Below the pieces are notes generated by a model that did not search any database, was not told the DNA's origin, and saw only the letters and a list, made by a program, of their open reading frames with translations. This document shows positions 58,375-64,000 of a stretch of 64,000 bases of DNA, in pieces; position 1 is the first letter of the stretch; each line of letters opens with the position of its first letter. Source of the DNA: an uncultured Gemmatimonadaceae bacterium (lineage in GTDB: Bacteria > Gemmatimonadota > Gemmatimonadetes > Gemmatimonadales > Gemmatimonadaceae). Location: assembly GCA_963740355.1 (NCBI GenBank), contig CAVUDW010000003.1:1024001-1088000 (forward strand), read 5' to 3'. The translations under genes and the position numbers were made by a program.

Positions 58375-59058
58375 TCAACCCTGCTTCTTGACGAGGACGA
58401 TTCCGTTGGTCGGACCCGCCACTGCGCCACGGATGTAGATCAGATTGCGCTCCACGTCCACCTTCTCGACCCGCAGGCCGATCTGGGTGTGACGGTGATC
58501 GCCGTAGTGACCGGGCATCTTCTTGCCCTTGATCACGCGCGACGGATCCGTGCCCGGTCCGATGGAGCCAGGACGACGGTGCTTCGTGTTGCCGTGCGTG
58601 TTGGGACCGCCACCGAAGCCGTAGCGCTTGACGACACCCTGGAAGCCACGGCCCTTGCTGGTGCCGGTGACCTTCACGATCTCGCCCGGCGCAAACAGCT
58701 CGACGGTGAGCTTCTGGCCCAACTCGTACGTCGGGATCTCGGGGTTCTTGCCCGGCGCGTCATCGATGCGGAAGCTGCGGATCACTTCCGGCGGATTGGT
58801 CAGGCCTGCCTTGGCGGCATGCCCGACTTCGGCCTTCGGTGCGCGGTTACCACGCGGGGTACGCTCACCCGGCTTCGACTCACGACGCACGCGCTGTGCG
58901 CCATACCCAAGCTCGACCGACGCGAAGCCGGCCGTTGCCTTCTCCATCACCTTCGTGACCGTGTTGGGAGTTGCCTCCACAACAGTCACCGGGATCTGCT
59001 GCCCGATCTCGTTAAAGATCTGGGTCATCCCGACCTTTCGTCCAATGATGCCGATCAT
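58375..59058 (-). CDS. rplC: 50S ribosomal protein L3
   Basis: GRKVGMTQ, SKGRGFQGVVKR, RPGSIG, KGKKMPG. Confidence 0.98.
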   Translation of the reverse strand: MIGIIGRKVGMTQIFNEIGQQIPVTVVEATPNTVTKVMEKATAGFASVELGYGAQRVRRESKPGERTPRGNRAPKAEVGHAAKAGLTNPPEVIRSFRIDDAPGKNPEIPTYELGQKLTVELFAPGEIVKVTGTSKGRGFQGVVKRYGFGGGPNTHGNTKHRRPGSIGPGTDPSRVIKGKKMPGHYGDHRHTQIGLRVEKVDVERNLIYIRGAVAGPTNGIVLVKKQG

Positions 59059-59211
59059 TTCTCTCTCAGCTCAGTCACTGCCCGGCGCGGCGTGCGGCCC
59101 GCGACGACAACGGCAGTTGGACTCTGGCTCCCACCGGCGAATTCCGGCGGCGAACCCGCACCCGCGACCTCACCCAGCGTCGCAGACCCACACCTGCACC
59201 TGCACCCGCAA

Positions 59212-59520
59212 CTACTCGACCTTGATTTCGACGTCCACACCTGCCGGCAGGTCCAGCTTCGTCAGCGCGTCGACCGTCTGCGCCTTGGAGTCCAGGATGT
59301 CGATCACACGCTTGTGCGTCTTCAGCTGGAACTGTTCCCGCGACTTCTTGTCGACGTGCGGCGAGCGGAGCACCGTCCACCGCTGCGTCTTGGTCGGCAG
59401 TGGAATCGGGCCGGACACCTGTGCGCCGGTCTTTTCAGCCGTGCGCACGATGTCTGCCGCTGCCTGATCGATCACCGCGTGATCGAACGCCTTCAGTCGA
59501 ATCCGAATCTTGCCAGCCAT
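59212..59520 (-). CDS. rpsJ: 30S ribosomal protein S10
   Basis: [30 protein letters not shown]. Confidence 0.98.
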   Translation of the reverse strand: MAGKIRIRLKAFDHAVIDQAAADIVRTAEKTGAQVSGPIPLPTKTQRWTVLRSPHVDKKSREQFQLKTHKRVIDILDSKAQTVDALTKLDLPAGVDVEIKVE

Positions 59521-59535
59521 TGCAGCTCCAGAGTG

Positions 59536-60729
<1,194 letters not shown>

Positions 60730-60768
60730 GCTGCGTTCCTCTCGTCCGTTTAGTGAATCAGTGCAGGC

Positions 60769-62889
<2,121 letters not shown>

Positions 62890-62931
62890 GCGCGGAAACT
62901 CTCAGATGAGGCTGGAAGGCCAGTTGAGTCC

Positions 62932-62982
62932 AACAAAAAACCGAATGGATCCAGGCACCCCGTTGGGGCCGATATCCATTCG
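62932..62982 (-). terminator. Terminator-like hairpin inside the fusA 5' leader (possible attenuator)
   Basis: Minus strand CGAATGGAT...ATCCATTCG stem with inner GGCCCC/GGGG.GCC pairing, followed by GTTTTTTGTT, about 45 nt before the fusA ATG. Confidence 0.6.
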
Positions 62983-63111
62983 CTGCCGCCGGGTACACGC
63001 GGACTGCGTGGGGACCCAAGGCGCGCCGCCGAAGCGACGTCTCATTTGTCGATACCGCGGCAGCCATACGAAAAGGCGCCGACAACACCGTTCTTGCGAG
63101 ACAGATCGCGG

Positions 63112-63139
63112 AAATTAGTGGCGACTGCCCCCAAGTCAA
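63112..63139 (-). promoter_or_regulatory. Sigma70-type promoter for the fusA-tuf-S10-spc cluster
   Basis: TTGACT-N16-TAATTT followed by the GC-rich discriminator CCGCG. Confidence 0.65.
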
Positions 63140-63174
63140 TGCCCGACAGTCACATGGACCGCGTGCATGGGCCC

Positions 63175-64000
63175 CTACCCGCCGAGGACGCGTCCCAAGT
63201 GGCGACGCCACCGGCGGAAGCTCCGGCTGGCCCCCTCCGACCCGACAGATCCGGAGGCCGACGCGGCTCCCGCTCCTCCGGCGTCTCCAGCATCTCCCGC
63301 ATCAACGGCACCGGCTCGGCCCAGTGCCCAAGGCCAGCCGGACACCGCGTCGCCGAGTCCGTGCATCGCCTGCCGCCACCAATACCGAGACCACGCAACG
63401 GACGGGCTCGCTGCTGGAGAATGGAAGGCACGAAGCACCCATTCGCGCTCGGTCATGCCGGTCAACCAGCCGTTTCGACCGCGGAGTGCCACGATGGCAG
63501 ACTCGTCTACAGCCAGGCCGGCCAGGCGGCTCGCCGTCCATAGCCCCCAGCCGACGGGGAGCCCAGCCCCAATCGACTGCGCGGCCGCCACGACCTCGCG
63601 CCATTCTTTTCCGGCACCAAGCGCTGCCGAGCTCAGCCGATGGGTGTCGTGCAGGTACTGCCAACTGCCGACCTCGCCTTCGTGATTCCATGCCCAATGC
63701 ACTGAGGCGTGCACCAGGTGCCAGGCGGGGGGCAGCACCCTGACCCGGCGCTCGCCCCATGCGACATCCACACCCCGCGCCACCCAGGTCGCGGCCGGCT
63801 CGTCGGCAAATGGATGCCGCGGCGGAAAGAGGCTGCGATGCAGCTCGAGTCGGATACCGCCGCGCCACAGCAGCGGGGCGTCATGGTGATGGTCAGCGTA
63901 CGAGCTCTCACTGCCGCTTTCCCGCCACCCCGCCCGCCGGAGCGCCTCACGTGCCGCGACGTGCTGCTCAGGTTTCACCAGCAGATCGAGGTCGCCCATG
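63175..64000 (-). CDS. Nucleotidyltransferase family protein (NTP_transf_5-like), 5' end outside the window
   Basis: GDLDLLV catalytic motif, HHHDAP, IRLELHRSL, LVHASVH, YLHD. Confidence 0.75.
   Translation of the reverse strand, partial: MGDLDLLVKPEQHVAAREALRRAGWRESGSESSYADHHHDAPLLWRGGIRLELHRSLFPPRHPFADEPAATWVARGVDVAWGERRVRVLPPAWHLVHASVHWAWNHEGEVGSWQYLHDTHRLSSAALGAGKEWREVVAAAQSIGAGLPVGWGLWTASRLAGLAVDESAIVALRGRNGWLTGMTEREWVLRAFHSPAASPSVAWSRYWWRQAMHGLGDAVSGWPWALGRAGAVDAGDAGDAGGAGAASASGSVGSEGASRSFRRWRRHLGRVLGG

Noticed and set aside
63175..64000. Lasso-peptide cluster implied by the NTP_transf_5-like gene
   Set aside because: No precursor, B protein or cyclase is visible; the gene is truncated by the window edge

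Overview
GC-rich bacterial chromosomal segment. The lineage is probably Gemmatimonadota; this is inferred only from the protein repertoire (many carboxypeptidase-regulatory-like/TonB proteins, alpha2-type GlyRS, extended ribosomal proteins), not from any search. The right third (46.7-62.9 kb, minus strand) is the core fusA-tuf-S10-spc-secY-adk-map cluster. It lacks rpsL/rpsG directly upstream and the alpha operon directly downstream, and it is preceded by a sigma70-like promoter and a ~215-nt leader with a terminator/antiterminator layout. The left two-thirds is mixed housekeeping and accessory genes (Oar-like TonB receptor, ABC exporter, ccdA, fur, FadR-MFS, ohr, priA, corA, glyQS, purA, ypdA, trpS, suhB, ftcd). 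The best candidate for an undescribed system is a tightly coupled minus-strand run at about 27.6-14.8 kb. It opens with a small hypothetical protein and a ubiquitin-like protein lacking the C-terminal GG, which is coupled to a MoxR AAA+ ATPase (carrying a 1-nt frameshift). DUF58, BatA-like, DUF4175-like, DUF4159, a membrane protein and an HDAC-family deacetylase follow, then corA, an orphan GvpL/F, a Zn-ribbon Ser/Thr kinase and a dipeptide epimerase. Other signals are a recurrent TANNNT-N6-start (leaderless) motif, two perfect 30-36 bp inverted-repeat elements, short tandem repeats and an uncalled 56-aa membrane ORF. I saw no rRNA, tRNA, CRISPR array or transposase. All family calls are motif recognition by eye; no database was searched.
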